Positions 39,777 through 49,150 of a stretch of DNA of 64,000 nucleotides are shown here, in pieces. The DNA comes from Alphaproteobacteria bacterium. GTDB lineage: Bacteria > Pseudomonadota > Alphaproteobacteria > UBA7887. A model generated the notes under the pieces. The model did no database searches and was not told the DNA's origin. It was given only the letters and a program-made list of their open reading frames with translations. The DNA lies in assembly GCA_965216755.1 (NCBI GenBank), contig CBDCGL010000011.1, positions 1,248,001 through 1,312,000 on the forward strand, written 5' to 3'. Numbering within the stretch: the first letter of the stretch is position 1; each line of letters opens with the position of its first letter. The position numbers and the translations under genes were made by a program.

Positions 39777-40457
39777 TTACCAATATTCGGTTGGTTCGTA
39801 AAAATGCCTGAGCTGCCAGTTCGCATCCTTGTAGGATTCGCTCGGCTTGCCGGTCTCGCCGGGACGGTGGCGGCCCATCTCAATATCAATTTGTCGCGTT
39901 TCGCGGAAGTACTTCGCCATATCCAAAGGCGGCAGCGCCTGAGTCTGGTCGACCATTGGCGTATGGCACGAAATGCAACTTGTCGTCTTGTTTTGATAGC
40001 CGCTCCCGACCACTCCGGCGGTAAACCCTATCCAAACCAGGGATACACCCGACGCCAAAGCCAACCTTGGCCCCATCGCCAGTTTGTGGCCGGACGCCCT
40101 TTTGCGGCCGAAGAAAAACGGGATCACAACGAGGAACAGCAGGATCGCCAACGGAACCCAGAAGGTTCCAATCTGCAACCAAACCGCGTTGTCACCAACC
40201 AAATACCAAAACGGTTCGAACAAAAAAAGCAGGTACCACTCGGGCGCCGGCACATACGCGCCGTGATCGGGAAGCGGCGGTTGCATGTGATCGGTGGGAA
40301 CCCGGAAAAAGTAGGACAACAAGACAATGATCACGAACGTTATGAGAACCGCGATCCCCGCCTTAAGCGCATGTTTCGGCCAAAACCTGTGAAACCCCTG
40401 CGGATAAGGGGGCGCGTATTTTGCGTCGATGATGATGTCTTTGTCGGAACCCGTCAT
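39777..40457 (-). CDS. Cytochrome b6f subunit IV-like protein fused to a monoheme c domain
   Basis: FWP.H helix, PAPEWYLLF (PEWY motif), three to four TMs, then CISCH. Confidence 0.8.
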   Translation of the reverse strand: MTGSDKDIIIDAKYAPPYPQGFHRFWPKHALKAGIAVLITFVIIVLLSYFFRVPTDHMQPPLPDHGAYVPAPEWYLLFLFEPFWYLVGDNAVWLQIGTFWVPLAILLFLVVIPFFFGRKRASGHKLAMGPRLALASGVSLVWIGFTAGVVGSGYQNKTTSCISCHTPMVDQTQALPPLDMAKYFRETRQIDIEMGRHRPGETGKPSESYKDANWQLRHFYEPTEYW

Positions 40458-40478
40458 CAGTCGTTCTCCGTCGGCGCC

Positions 40479-41111
40479 CTACAAGGGTTCGGAAATGCCG
40501 TGCTTCTTCACCATGGCGAAGTGAAAAAACAGCGACACGAACAAGATGATCGGCAGGATCAGCACGTGAATGATGAACGTGCGATAGATGGTGAACGCAT
40601 CCAACAGGAATGCTCTCACTGCTCCCCCGAAAAATGGCCACGTATCGACATAGTCTACCCAAATCGCGTAAGACCAATACGCGCGCCAGTCCCACGGCAG
40701 AATAATACCTGTAATAACGAACAAAAACACGATCACGAACTGGAAAACACCCGATACCCAATTGAGTTCGCGCGGGTTGCGGTACGCCTTTCGGTAGAAC
40801 ACAGTCAGCATATGGGTAAAGACCGTTGCCAATAGCAGCGTCGAACCCCAACGGTGGCCATTCCGAAACAACCAGCCAAACCTGACTTCGTTGCTCATAT
40901 ATTCGATGCTCTGCAAAGCCTCTTGCGGCGTGGCCGTGTAAAAGAAGACCATAAAAATGCCGGTCAGAACCTGTAGAATAATGATGAAAAAAGAAATTCC
41001 ACCAAAACAGTAATAATACGCGCCATTCGGAACGGCCTGGGCCCGTTTCTTACGTATGGCCTCACCGAAGCCGGTCCGGGACTCAATCCACCCTGAAATC
41101 TGAGAGATCAT
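40479..41111 (-). CDS. Cytochrome b6-like (split cytochrome b, N-terminal part)
   Basis: YYYCFGGI, GWLFRNGHRWG..HM, RELNWVSG, LPWD..AYW, H-x14-H in helix D, ends GISEPL; GGGGGAG RBS. Confidence 0.9.
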   Translation of the reverse strand: MISQISGWIESRTGFGEAIRKKRAQAVPNGAYYYCFGGISFFIIILQVLTGIFMVFFYTATPQEALQSIEYMSNEVRFGWLFRNGHRWGSTLLLATVFTHMLTVFYRKAYRNPRELNWVSGVFQFVIVFLFVITGIILPWDWRAYWSYAIWVDYVDTWPFFGGAVRAFLLDAFTIYRTFIIHVLILPIILFVSLFFHFAMVKKHGISEPL

Positions 41112-41730
41112 GTCGTCTCCCCCTGTGCAACGACGCAGAGACCGGATTTGACCGCGGCGCGCAGTGTGTCTTGTGTCCACGCGACGGGAACATCCACAAT
41201 GCGTTGTTGCAGCGCGAAGAGGCGCAAATATGCACGCCTTAGTCTTGCACCTGGCCGGATCGATGGCAGCGCCACTCGGCCAGGATTCGGCGTCAAAACG
41301 TTCTGCGCATCATGCAACTTCGCGCGCGCCGCAAAGCGACACGATCCTGAAAGGAAATGCGCCACCCTTTCGTCCCTCCCCTTGACTCACGTGGCTCGGA
41401 TCAGCTGGTCCGCCCAACCGAATGCACCCGCAATCGATGACGAGGCCACATCAAAGCAATGCCGACTGTTCTCGGTTGCCGATCGGCCGCATCGGATGCG
41501 ACCGCGTCGCACGATCGTCCCCTTGGCGGAAGAGTCTTCGACCGCCAACACGTTGTCAAGAACGCCACACGTTCTTTTTGAGGATGCGAGGCATTTTCCC
41601 TGGCCACAAAAACCAAGAAAAATCATCTTGTATTTCCGGTACGATTTTGTGCGCCGGCGTCGAAGTAGGTTGCATAATGGAGTTCGATTATGGACCTTTT
41701 TTGATTGTGAACCTGCGATGAGGTGTCGCT

Positions 41731-42975
41731 ATGTCGAACGGTGCGAATTGTCGCGTGCGGCAGAAGAAGGAAGTCTGCTGGTCGGCGACCACAGCACTGC
41801 TTATCGGTTGGCTGTGCACGGTACCCGGTGTGGACGTGGCCGCGTTCGATGAAACGCATTTGAAGAAGTTTCAGGCCTTGAACCAGTGCATAGATTGCGA
41901 TTTGAGCGACGCGGCACTCGCAGGCACGGATCTTCGTCGCGCCCGATTAACCGGCGCCGACTTGCGAAACGCCGACCTGACGGCAAGCGACTTGCGCGCG
42001 GCAAATCTGAACGAGGCGAACCTTTTCAAAGCGATTTTGTCAAAAGCAGACTTGAACAATAGCATTTTGACTAATGCCGATTTGCGGCAAACTGATCTTA
42101 ACAACAGTTCCTTGGCTTTCGCGAAAATGGATGGGGCGGATCTGAGCAGGGCCGAGGCTGCCGAAAGCGATATGTCCCGTGCCAATCTTCGAGATGCGAA
42201 TTTGGCCGACGCGACGTTGAACGGTGCGAATTTCGGCAAGGCCGACCTGCGCGTGGCGAATCTGGGGGGCGCAAGCCTAATTGGTTCAAACTTTGCGAAA
42301 GCCGTCCTCAGAATGGCGATCCTCAGCGACGCGGACCTGACCGGGGCCAATTTGAACGAGGCTGATTTGGCCTTGGCCGATCTATACGGCGCCAATTTGT
42401 CCGCGGTCAGTTTGGCCTGGGCGAGCGCCGTCCGGGCCAGCCTTGGGGATACGAACTTCACCCACGCGACGCTGACAAGGACCGACTTTGGTGACAGCGA
42501 TTTGGCTGGCGCCGATATGAGCAACGCCGATTTGCGGCGTACGAAACTGCATGGCGCGTTGCTCGGCGAAGTGCGTTTCGTCGGCGCCGATTTGGAAGGC
42601 GCCGATCTCAGTCAAGCAGACGCCGGCGGCGCCGATCTAAGCAATGCGATTTTGCGCGAGACCGATCTTGCCGGTGCTGATTTCAGTGAGGCGATCTTTC
42701 AAGGCGCGGATCTGAAACAGGCAAACCTACGGCGCGCGAGCTTGGCTGGCGCCGATCTGACGGGCGCCGACCTTACTGGCGCGAATTTGCGTAAAGCGAT
42801 CCTACGCGACGCAACGTTTGCTGACGCCCAACTGCGAAATGCGGATCTGAGTGGGGCGGATCTGACGGGTGCCACTCTCGTATCGGCCAATTTAGACGAC
42901 ACCAAAATGACAGGCGCAACGCTTTGCCGAACGCAATTGCCGACGGGCGAGATCAACGCGGGGTGCGAAGAATGA
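41731..42975 (+). CDS. Exported pentapeptide-repeat protein
   Basis: Long A(D/N)Lxx repeats; N-terminal signal-like segment, QCIDCDL, C-terminal LCRT..G....GC. Confidence 0.9.
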   Translation: MSNGANCRVRQKKEVCWSATTALLIGWLCTVPGVDVAAFDETHLKKFQALNQCIDCDLSDAALAGTDLRRARLTGADLRNADLTASDLRAANLNEANLFKAILSKADLNNSILTNADLRQTDLNNSSLAFAKMDGADLSRAEAAESDMSRANLRDANLADATLNGANFGKADLRVANLGGASLIGSNFAKAVLRMAILSDADLTGANLNEADLALADLYGANLSAVSLAWASAVRASLGDTNFTHATLTRTDFGDSDLAGADMSNADLRRTKLHGALLGEVRFVGADLEGADLSQADAGGADLSNAILRETDLAGADFSEAIFQGADLKQANLRRASLAGADLTGADLTGANLRKAILRDATFADAQLRNADLSGADLTGATLVSANLDDTKMTGATLCRTQLPTGEINAGCEE

Positions 42976-43619
42976 GCACCGGTATCCTGATCTGGCGCTG
43001 TTCGCTTGTCATAGGGGTCGCAGTGTGCCTCGGTTGGCATGTCCAAGCCAGTCGTGCATTTGATGAAACGGCCGTCGAAACGCTGAGGGAGAGCAATGCC
43101 TGCCCGAAGTGCGATTTGCGGGACGCCGATCTGCGTCATGCCGATCTCGCCGATGCCGACCTTAGTGGTGCAAATTTGATCGGCGCAAAACTCGGAGCCG
43201 CGAATCTCACCGGCGCCAACTTGGAACATGCGAGGCTGCGAGACGCCGATTTGACGGCCGCAATTCTTGCCAATGCGGTTTTGTCGGACTCGAGACTTGA
43301 GCGCGCACGATTAAATGGTGCGAACCTGACGGAGGCGGATGTACAGCGTTCTGACCTGCGCCAAGCGGACCTAAGCGGCGCTGACCTTCGAGGGGCCAAC
43401 TTTACCGCGGCTTTCCTGGTTGGTACGAACCTCAACGATGCCAAATTGTCCGGTGCCATTTTGAGCCAAGCTTTGTTACGGGAAAGTCGGCTGGACCGGG
43501 TCGATCTAACTGATCTGGACATCAGCACCAGCGATTTAAGAAATGCGCGCGTTGACGAAGCGATTTTTTGCCGCACGATCACGCCTTGGGGCCTTGATGA
43601 CAGTGGTTGTCCGAACTGA
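42972..43619 (+). CDS. Exported pentapeptide-repeat protein (shorter paralog)
   Basis: ATGA overlap; signal peptide, AFDET, ACPKCDL, ADL repeats, FCRT.TPWG...SGC. Confidence 0.88.
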   Translation: MSTGILIWRCSLVIGVAVCLGWHVQASRAFDETAVETLRESNACPKCDLRDADLRHADLADADLSGANLIGAKLGAANLTGANLEHARLRDADLTAAILANAVLSDSRLERARLNGANLTEADVQRSDLRQADLSGADLRGANFTAAFLVGTNLNDAKLSGAILSQALLRESRLDRVDLTDLDISTSDLRNARVDEAIFCRTITPWGLDDSGCPN

Positions 43620-43700
43620 TCTCGACCCGACGCGGCACATTACGGATGATCTGCCATCACGCGTGGTCTGGTTTCAACGTCACGTGACAAAGAACCAACC

Positions 43701-44471
43701 GTGACCGACGGAGTCGTCGCCACGTCCCTATCGCCGGACGGTACATGCGCGACAATCACGATCGATCGGCAGGCAAAGATCAATGTCGTGACTCGTGCAA
43801 TGTGTCACGCATTGGCGAACTCTGTCGCCCAAGCTGCAGCGCAACCGAAAGTTCGGGTCGTCGTGGTGACCGGCGCCGGCAACCGCGCCTTCATCGGCGG
43901 CGCGGACATCAACGAAATGGCGGGCTTGGATCAGACAACCGCAAAGGATTTCATTTCAAATCTCCATCAAGCTTGCCGAGCGATTCGAAACGCGCCGGTG
44001 CCGGTGATCGCGCGCATTCAAGGTTATTGTCTCGGCGCGGGGTTGGAAATTGCGGCAAGCTGCGACGTCCGCGTTGCGGCGCAAGATGCCGTGTTTGGAA
44101 TGCCGGAAGTGCGCGTTGGCATTCCCTCGGTGATTGAAGCCGCGTTGTTGCCCTACCTGATCGGCTGGGGACGGACCCGGTACCTGCTCCTCACAGGCGA
44201 CAACATATCTGCCGACGTGGCGTTCGCGTGGGGTCTGATCGAACAGCTGGTCGCGGTCGACGCGCTGGACCAGGCGGTCGACGCCTGCGTGGCCTCAATC
44301 ATGGCTTCCGGACGGAACGCCATACTGCTGCAGAAGGCGCTGATCAATCGATGGCAAGAATTGCCTTTGGATGCAGCTATTGCCGCCGGGATCGATGCGT
44401 TTGCGGACGCCTTTCGCGCCGACGAACCCCATGAATTGATGGCGCAGTTCCTGAACCGCCCACGCGCGTAA
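43701..44471 (+). CDS. Enoyl-CoA hydratase family protein
   Basis: AFIGGADI, IQGYCLGAGLE, FGMPEVRVGIPS. Confidence 0.9.
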   Translation: MTDGVVATSLSPDGTCATITIDRQAKINVVTRAMCHALANSVAQAAAQPKVRVVVVTGAGNRAFIGGADINEMAGLDQTTAKDFISNLHQACRAIRNAPVPVIARIQGYCLGAGLEIAASCDVRVAAQDAVFGMPEVRVGIPSVIEAALLPYLIGWGRTRYLLLTGDNISADVAFAWGLIEQLVAVDALDQAVDACVASIMASGRNAILLQKALINRWQELPLDAAIAAGIDAFADAFRADEPHELMAQFLNRPRA

Positions 44472-44510
44472 TCGCCGGAGTCTTGCCGGAATCGTCATGA
44501 TTGCGCGTCA

Positions 44511-45719
44511 TTAGGCCGTCGTCGGCATGCCCCAACACCAGAAATCAGTCCCCTCCGCGCGCAGAAATCGGTTGATGACCATTTTGTGCACTTCAGAGGC
44601 GCCATCGACAATGCGCGCCTGGCGCGCATATCGGTACATCCACTCCAACACGGTATCCTTGGAATAGCCGCGGGCCCCGTTCAGCTGTAGCGCCGTATCA
44701 ACAGACTTGTGTAGGGCCTCGGCAACGACATTTTTCGCGATCGACACTTCCTTGCGGGCAAACGCGCCCTGATCCAACGTCCACGCTGCCTTCATGGTCA
44801 CAAGTCGGCCGATTTCAATGTCCATCGCCGCCTCGCCCATCATGATCTGGATCGACTCCCGGTCGGATAGAGTTTGGCCAAAGCTTTGACGCCGTTCTAT
44901 ATATTCCGATGCAATCTCCAGAGCGCGCTTTGCCATTCCCAACCACCGCATACAATGCGTTAGGCGCGCCGTTCCCAAGCGAATTTGGGTGACCTTTAGC
45001 CCGTCGCCCACGCCCATTAGGCGATTCTCGTCGGCAATCTCCAGACCGTCAAACAGCACTTCGCAGTGACCGCCGTGCTCCTCGGGCCCAAGAATTGGAA
45101 TGCGGCGCACGATTTCCCAACCCGGCTGATCGGCATGAAACAAGAATGCCGTCAGGCCGCGACGATCATCGTCGGACGTCCGGGCAACAACGATAAAGTG
45201 CTTGGCGCCGTCAGCACCGGTGATAAACCATTTGCGGCCGTTGATGCGCCATGAATCGCCGTGCCGACTGGCCGTGGTCCGGGTCAGGGTCGGATCCGAC
45301 CCGCAGCCATCCGGTTCGGTCATAACAAACGATGATCGCACGGAACCATCGATAATCGGCTGCAACCATTTGTCTTTTTGATCTTCGCGCGCGACTTTGT
45401 TGAGCAAAATCATATTGCCGTCGTCGGGGGCCGCGCTGTTGAAGCAAACCGGTCCGAAAATTGATCGATTCATCTCCTCGTAGCAAGCCGCCATTCCGAC
45501 AGTTGACAGTCCCTGACCGCCCCGTGCTCGTGGCATTTGCAGCGCCCACAAACCCCTGGCGCGCGCCCTATCACGAAGTTCCGTCAACGCGGGAATGGCA
45601 ATGTTCTCATACGGATCCCATGCCTCCGGATCCGATTCAATTGGGATGATTTCTTCGTCAACGAATGTCCGAATCTTTGCGCGCAGGCCTTCGATTTCAG
45701 GCGACAGGACAAAATCCAT
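44511..45719 (-). CDS. Acyl-CoA dehydrogenase
   Basis: NSAAPDDGNM, FVMTEP..GSDP, INGRKWFITG, QIRLGTARLTHCMR, IVDGASEVH. Confidence 0.93.
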   Translation of the reverse strand: MDFVLSPEIEGLRAKIRTFVDEEIIPIESDPEAWDPYENIAIPALTELRDRARARGLWALQMPRARGGQGLSTVGMAACYEEMNRSIFGPVCFNSAAPDDGNMILLNKVAREDQKDKWLQPIIDGSVRSSFVMTEPDGCGSDPTLTRTTASRHGDSWRINGRKWFITGADGAKHFIVVARTSDDDRRGLTAFLFHADQPGWEIVRRIPILGPEEHGGHCEVLFDGLEIADENRLMGVGDGLKVTQIRLGTARLTHCMRWLGMAKRALEIASEYIERRQSFGQTLSDRESIQIMMGEAAMDIEIGRLVTMKAAWTLDQGAFARKEVSIAKNVVAEALHKSVDTALQLNGARGYSKDTVLEWMYRYARQARIVDGASEVHKMVINRFLRAEGTDFWCWGMPTTA

Positions 45720-46217
45720 AACGTGCGACCCTATTTTCTACGATTGATCGTTGGTCCATCCCATAACTGTTTACGCCAGTTTTCGCCACCATGCGTGCGC
45801 CAGATGTCGAATAGAACGCTCGCCGTGAGCTATAGCGCCTGTGACAGAGTTGGAGCGGCGATCGCTGATTGCGGAACACGCGCAGGTCGCCTACGATTTC
45901 ATGTTCGCATATGCTGGCCGCGACCCACGATAGAAGCGCAACGCACGGCTAATGAGTCAATTCCGGCAGCGGCAAATGAAACATTTGACGGGCCTAGGTG
46001 GTTGCGCACCTGAATGCGTGTAGCCCAGATGCGTGGGACATTGGCATGGTACCCCCTGGCCAAGACGCGCCAATGTTGAAAACCTGGCATGTGCGGGTTC
46101 GGGGCGCGACGAGGCGATGGCGCCAAATAGCGACTCTTGGACTGAATCACCAGAGTGGCGGTTGCGGAGTCGCGCAACTAGACACGCGGCGAATTAGCCG
46201 CGTTTGGGGAGAGAACC

Positions 46218-47339
46218 ATGAGGGGATCAACAATTGTTGTAGGCATTATTGCCTTAGTGATAGGACTGGCGGTCGGTCGCTTTGTCATGGCACCGACGCC
46301 GCAAACGGCGACGACGGCCTCGGCGGAAGGTGACAGCGCTGGTAGCGCCACACCATCAGCCGATTCGGGTGAGAAGATTCGGTGGAAAATGGCCAGCAGT
46401 TTCGCCGGCGAGTTGGTACAGCTCGGCGACCAAGGCCAACTGCTTGAGAAACGCATTGGCGAGTTGACCGGCGGTGCATTGGAGATCAAGTTTTTTGAGC
46501 CTGGCGCCCTGGTACCGGCGCTGGAGATATTCGACGCGGTCTCCTCTGGCTCGATCAACGCCGGTTGGACAGCGTCCGGCTATTGGGCGGGCAAAGTGCC
46601 AGCCATGCAGTTTTTCACGGCGATACCGTTCGGGCCCAACGCCGGTGAACTTCTTGCGTGGCTGTATTACGGCGGTGGTGTCGATCTCTGGAATGAACTT
46701 TATGAGAAACACAACATTCGGTCGATGCCGTGCAACCTGATATCGCCGGAAGGGTCTGGCTGGTTCGCCAAACAGATCAACTCCGTCGAAGATTTGAACG
46801 GCCTAAAAATGCGCTTTTTCGGACTGGGCGCCAAAGTGATGGAAAAACTTGGTGTGTCAACACAGCTATTGGCGGGCGGCGACATTTTCCCGGCACTGGA
46901 ACTGGGCACGATCGATGCGACCGAGTTTTCGATGCCCGCCATCGACCTTGATCTTGGGTTTCACCAAGTCGCCAAGCACTATTATTTTCCGGGCTGGCAC
47001 CAGCAAATGAGCGTTGGCGAGTTGATGATCAACCTGGATGACTGGAACAGTTTGAGTGGAACGCACCGGGAAATCATCAATGCCGCCTGCAAGGAGAGCA
47101 TGCTTCGCGGGTTCGCGCAGGGCGAGGCAATCCAATTCCCGGCGTTGGAAGAACTTGAGACCAAAGGCGTGCAATTCCACCGATGGTCGCCCGAAATTCT
47201 CGCGGCGCTTGAGGCCGCTTGGCTGGAGGTGGTGACTGAAGAGGCCGCCGCCGATGAAGACTTTGGGCGGGTATGGGCGTCGCTGACTGAGTTCCGCAAG
47301 GGCTATGAACTGTGGGCGGAGCTCGGCTATCTGGAATAG
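46218..47339 (+). CDS. TRAP transporter substrate-binding protein (DctP/TakP type)
   Basis: WKMASSF, FDAVSSG, GWF.K.I.S.EDL.GLKMR, YYFPGWHQ; dctQM not adjacent. Confidence 0.92.
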   Translation: MRGSTIVVGIIALVIGLAVGRFVMAPTPQTATTASAEGDSAGSATPSADSGEKIRWKMASSFAGELVQLGDQGQLLEKRIGELTGGALEIKFFEPGALVPALEIFDAVSSGSINAGWTASGYWAGKVPAMQFFTAIPFGPNAGELLAWLYYGGGVDLWNELYEKHNIRSMPCNLISPEGSGWFAKQINSVEDLNGLKMRFFGLGAKVMEKLGVSTQLLAGGDIFPALELGTIDATEFSMPAIDLDLGFHQVAKHYYFPGWHQQMSVGELMINLDDWNSLSGTHREIINAACKESMLRGFAQGEAIQFPALEELETKGVQFHRWSPEILAALEAAWLEVVTEEAAADEDFGRVWASLTEFRKGYELWAELGYLE

Positions 47340-47351
47340 CAACGATCGCCA

Positions 47352-47378
47352 GCGGAGCGACCACTAGGGTCGCTCCGC
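47352..47378 (+). terminator. Hairpin after the dctP-like gene
   Basis: GCGGAGCGACC-ACTAG-GGTCGCTCCGC perfect 11-bp stem. Confidence 0.5.
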
Positions 47379-47465
47379 CGTGTTCGGTATCGACCGGCAA
47401 TTGCGATAGCTCAACGCGACATATAGGAATTCATCGTCGTTCAACCGCGTGCCAACGGAGCCACT

Positions 47466-48230
47466 ATGCGACTTGCCGATAAGATTGCGCTGATCACCGG
47501 CGCTGCAGGCGGAATTGGAGCCGCCGCCGCAGCCTTGTTCACCGCGGAAGGTGCAAAGGTCTTTCTGGTCGACGTGAATTACCAAGGTTTGGAAGAGCTC
47601 GCGCAATCCTTGGGTGAAGATCGGGCCGCGTTCTTCACCGCCGACATGGCCCAAGAAAGTGACGTCGCCAATATGGTCCAAGCGGCCTGTGATCGATTTG
47701 GTGGTCTTGACGTTGCTCTGCTAAATGCTGGAATCGAGGGAACCGTCAGTCCCATAACGGACTACCCGACAGACATGTTTGACAAAGTGATTGCCATCAA
47801 TATGCGGGGCGTCTGGCTCGGTCTGAAATACATCATTCCCGCTATGGATCAACGGGGCGGCGGTAGTATCGTTCTGACATCCTCGATTGCCGGTGTACGG
47901 GGCCGCCCAAAAATGTCGGCATATGTCGCCAGTAAACATGCCGTCGTCGGCCTGGCACGAACGGCGGCACTTGAATGTGCCAACAAAGGCATTCGCGTCA
48001 ATAGCATTAACCCCTCGCCTGTCGATACGCGTATGATGCGTTCGCTCGAACAGCAATTCCAACCCGATGATCCAGGCCAGTTTCGCACAGATTACGCCAA
48101 GGCATCTCCCCTGGGTCGCTACGCGACACCCGAGGAAATTGCCAAGACGATGCTGTATCTCGCCAGCGACGACAGCGCCCACTGCACCGGCGGGGTGTAT
48201 ATGATTGACGGTGGCCGCAGCGCCCACTAG
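47466..48230 (+). CDS. Short-chain dehydrogenase/reductase
   Basis: TGAAGGIG, LNAG, YVASKH, IRVNSINP. Confidence 0.93.
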   Translation: MRLADKIALITGAAGGIGAAAAALFTAEGAKVFLVDVNYQGLEELAQSLGEDRAAFFTADMAQESDVANMVQAACDRFGGLDVALLNAGIEGTVSPITDYPTDMFDKVIAINMRGVWLGLKYIIPAMDQRGGGSIVLTSSIAGVRGRPKMSAYVASKHAVVGLARTAALECANKGIRVNSINPSPVDTRMMRSLEQQFQPDDPGQFRTDYAKASPLGRYATPEEIAKTMLYLASDDSAHCTGGVYMIDGGRSAH

Positions 48231-48408
48231 AGAGTGTCCGACAATATTGAACCATTCTGCCGGAGCGCATTTTCGCCAAGATCAAGTCGCTGTCCGCAGG
48301 ACGTATCGGGAATACGGCCAAGGACAGAGACGCCGAAATTGGCAGAAAGGTGCCCGGCCCTGCGGTTTCGCGACCGGCGGTTGTCCATATTGTCGGACAC
48401 TGCTCTAG
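48227..48408. mobile_element. CTAG-ended MITE/palindromic element, short copy (182 bp)
   Basis: CTAGAGAGTGTCCGACAATATTGA ... TCCATATTGTCGGACACTGCTCTAG; the left CTAG contains the SDR stop codon; homologous to about 28110-28262. Confidence 0.8.
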
Positions 48409-48424
48409 CACGGCGATACATCTG

Positions 48425-49060
48425 ATGCCCGCGCACGAAATTACGGCGATCTTGTGGGACTATGGTGGTGTGGTCACGACCAGCCCGTTTGATGCTTTTA
48501 ATCGGTTCGAAGCCGCCAACGGCCTACCCATGAACTTCATTCGCAACGTAAATACGCGCAATATCCACGGCAACGCGTGGGCGAAGATGGAACGCAACGA
48601 GGTCGACTTGGACGGGTTTTGTGCTCTATTCGAAGAGGAATCGCGGGCAGCGGGTCACATGGTCAAGGGCCGCGATGTGCTGACCTTGATATATGGCGAC
48701 ATCCGCCACGAAATCGTCGCAGCCATAGAACGGCTAAGTCGCCACTACAGACAAGCTTGCTTGACCAATAACATGACATTCGCCCCAATCAATGCCGAAA
48801 AACGCAAACAATCGAACGAAATCATGGCCTTGTTTGACTACGTGTTTGAGTCCAGCAAAGTCGGCATTCGCAAGCCGCAAACAGAATTCTATCAACTGGC
48901 GTGCCGAACGATGGGCATCACGCCGAATGAAGCTGTTTTCCTAGATGATTTGGGCGTCAATCTGAGGCCGGCGCGTGACATGGGCATGCAAACGATCAAG
49001 GTTACGTCTGGGCACCAGGCCCTCGACGCGCTCGCGTCCGTCCTCGGCCATGCGCCATGA
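48425..49060 (+). CDS. HAD-IA family hydrolase
   Basis: ILWDYGGV, CLTNN, ESSKVGIRKP, VFLDDLGVNL. Confidence 0.9.
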   Translation: MPAHEITAILWDYGGVVTTSPFDAFNRFEAANGLPMNFIRNVNTRNIHGNAWAKMERNEVDLDGFCALFEEESRAAGHMVKGRDVLTLIYGDIRHEIVAAIERLSRHYRQACLTNNMTFAPINAEKRKQSNEIMALFDYVFESSKVGIRKPQTEFYQLACRTMGITPNEAVFLDDLGVNLRPARDMGMQTIKVTSGHQALDALASVLGHAP

Positions 49061-49150
49061 TGGGCCGTCGCCTTTGCGCCGGCGACAGCTTTTTGAATTT
49101 TCGACATCCGCACAAATTGAAATTCTATAGGAGTACTACTGATTGCCGCG

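Noticed and set aside
39327-40835. 502-aa plus-strand ORF
   Set aside because: Antisense shadow of the well-supported haoA and cytochrome b genes; Arg-rich with no motifs
41497-41511. TGCGACCGCGTCGCA as a RegA/PrrA box
   Set aside because: Short GC-rich palindrome expected by chance at this base composition
41112-41730. Rieske gene or remnant upstream of cytochrome b
   Set aside because: No CxHxGC or CPCH motif in the listed translations or seen by eye
41731-43619. Repetitive DNA as CRISPR array, or Qnr resistance genes
   Set aside because: The repeats are 15-nt coding periodicity with no constant repeat/spacer structure or cas genes; signal peptides do not fit Qnr
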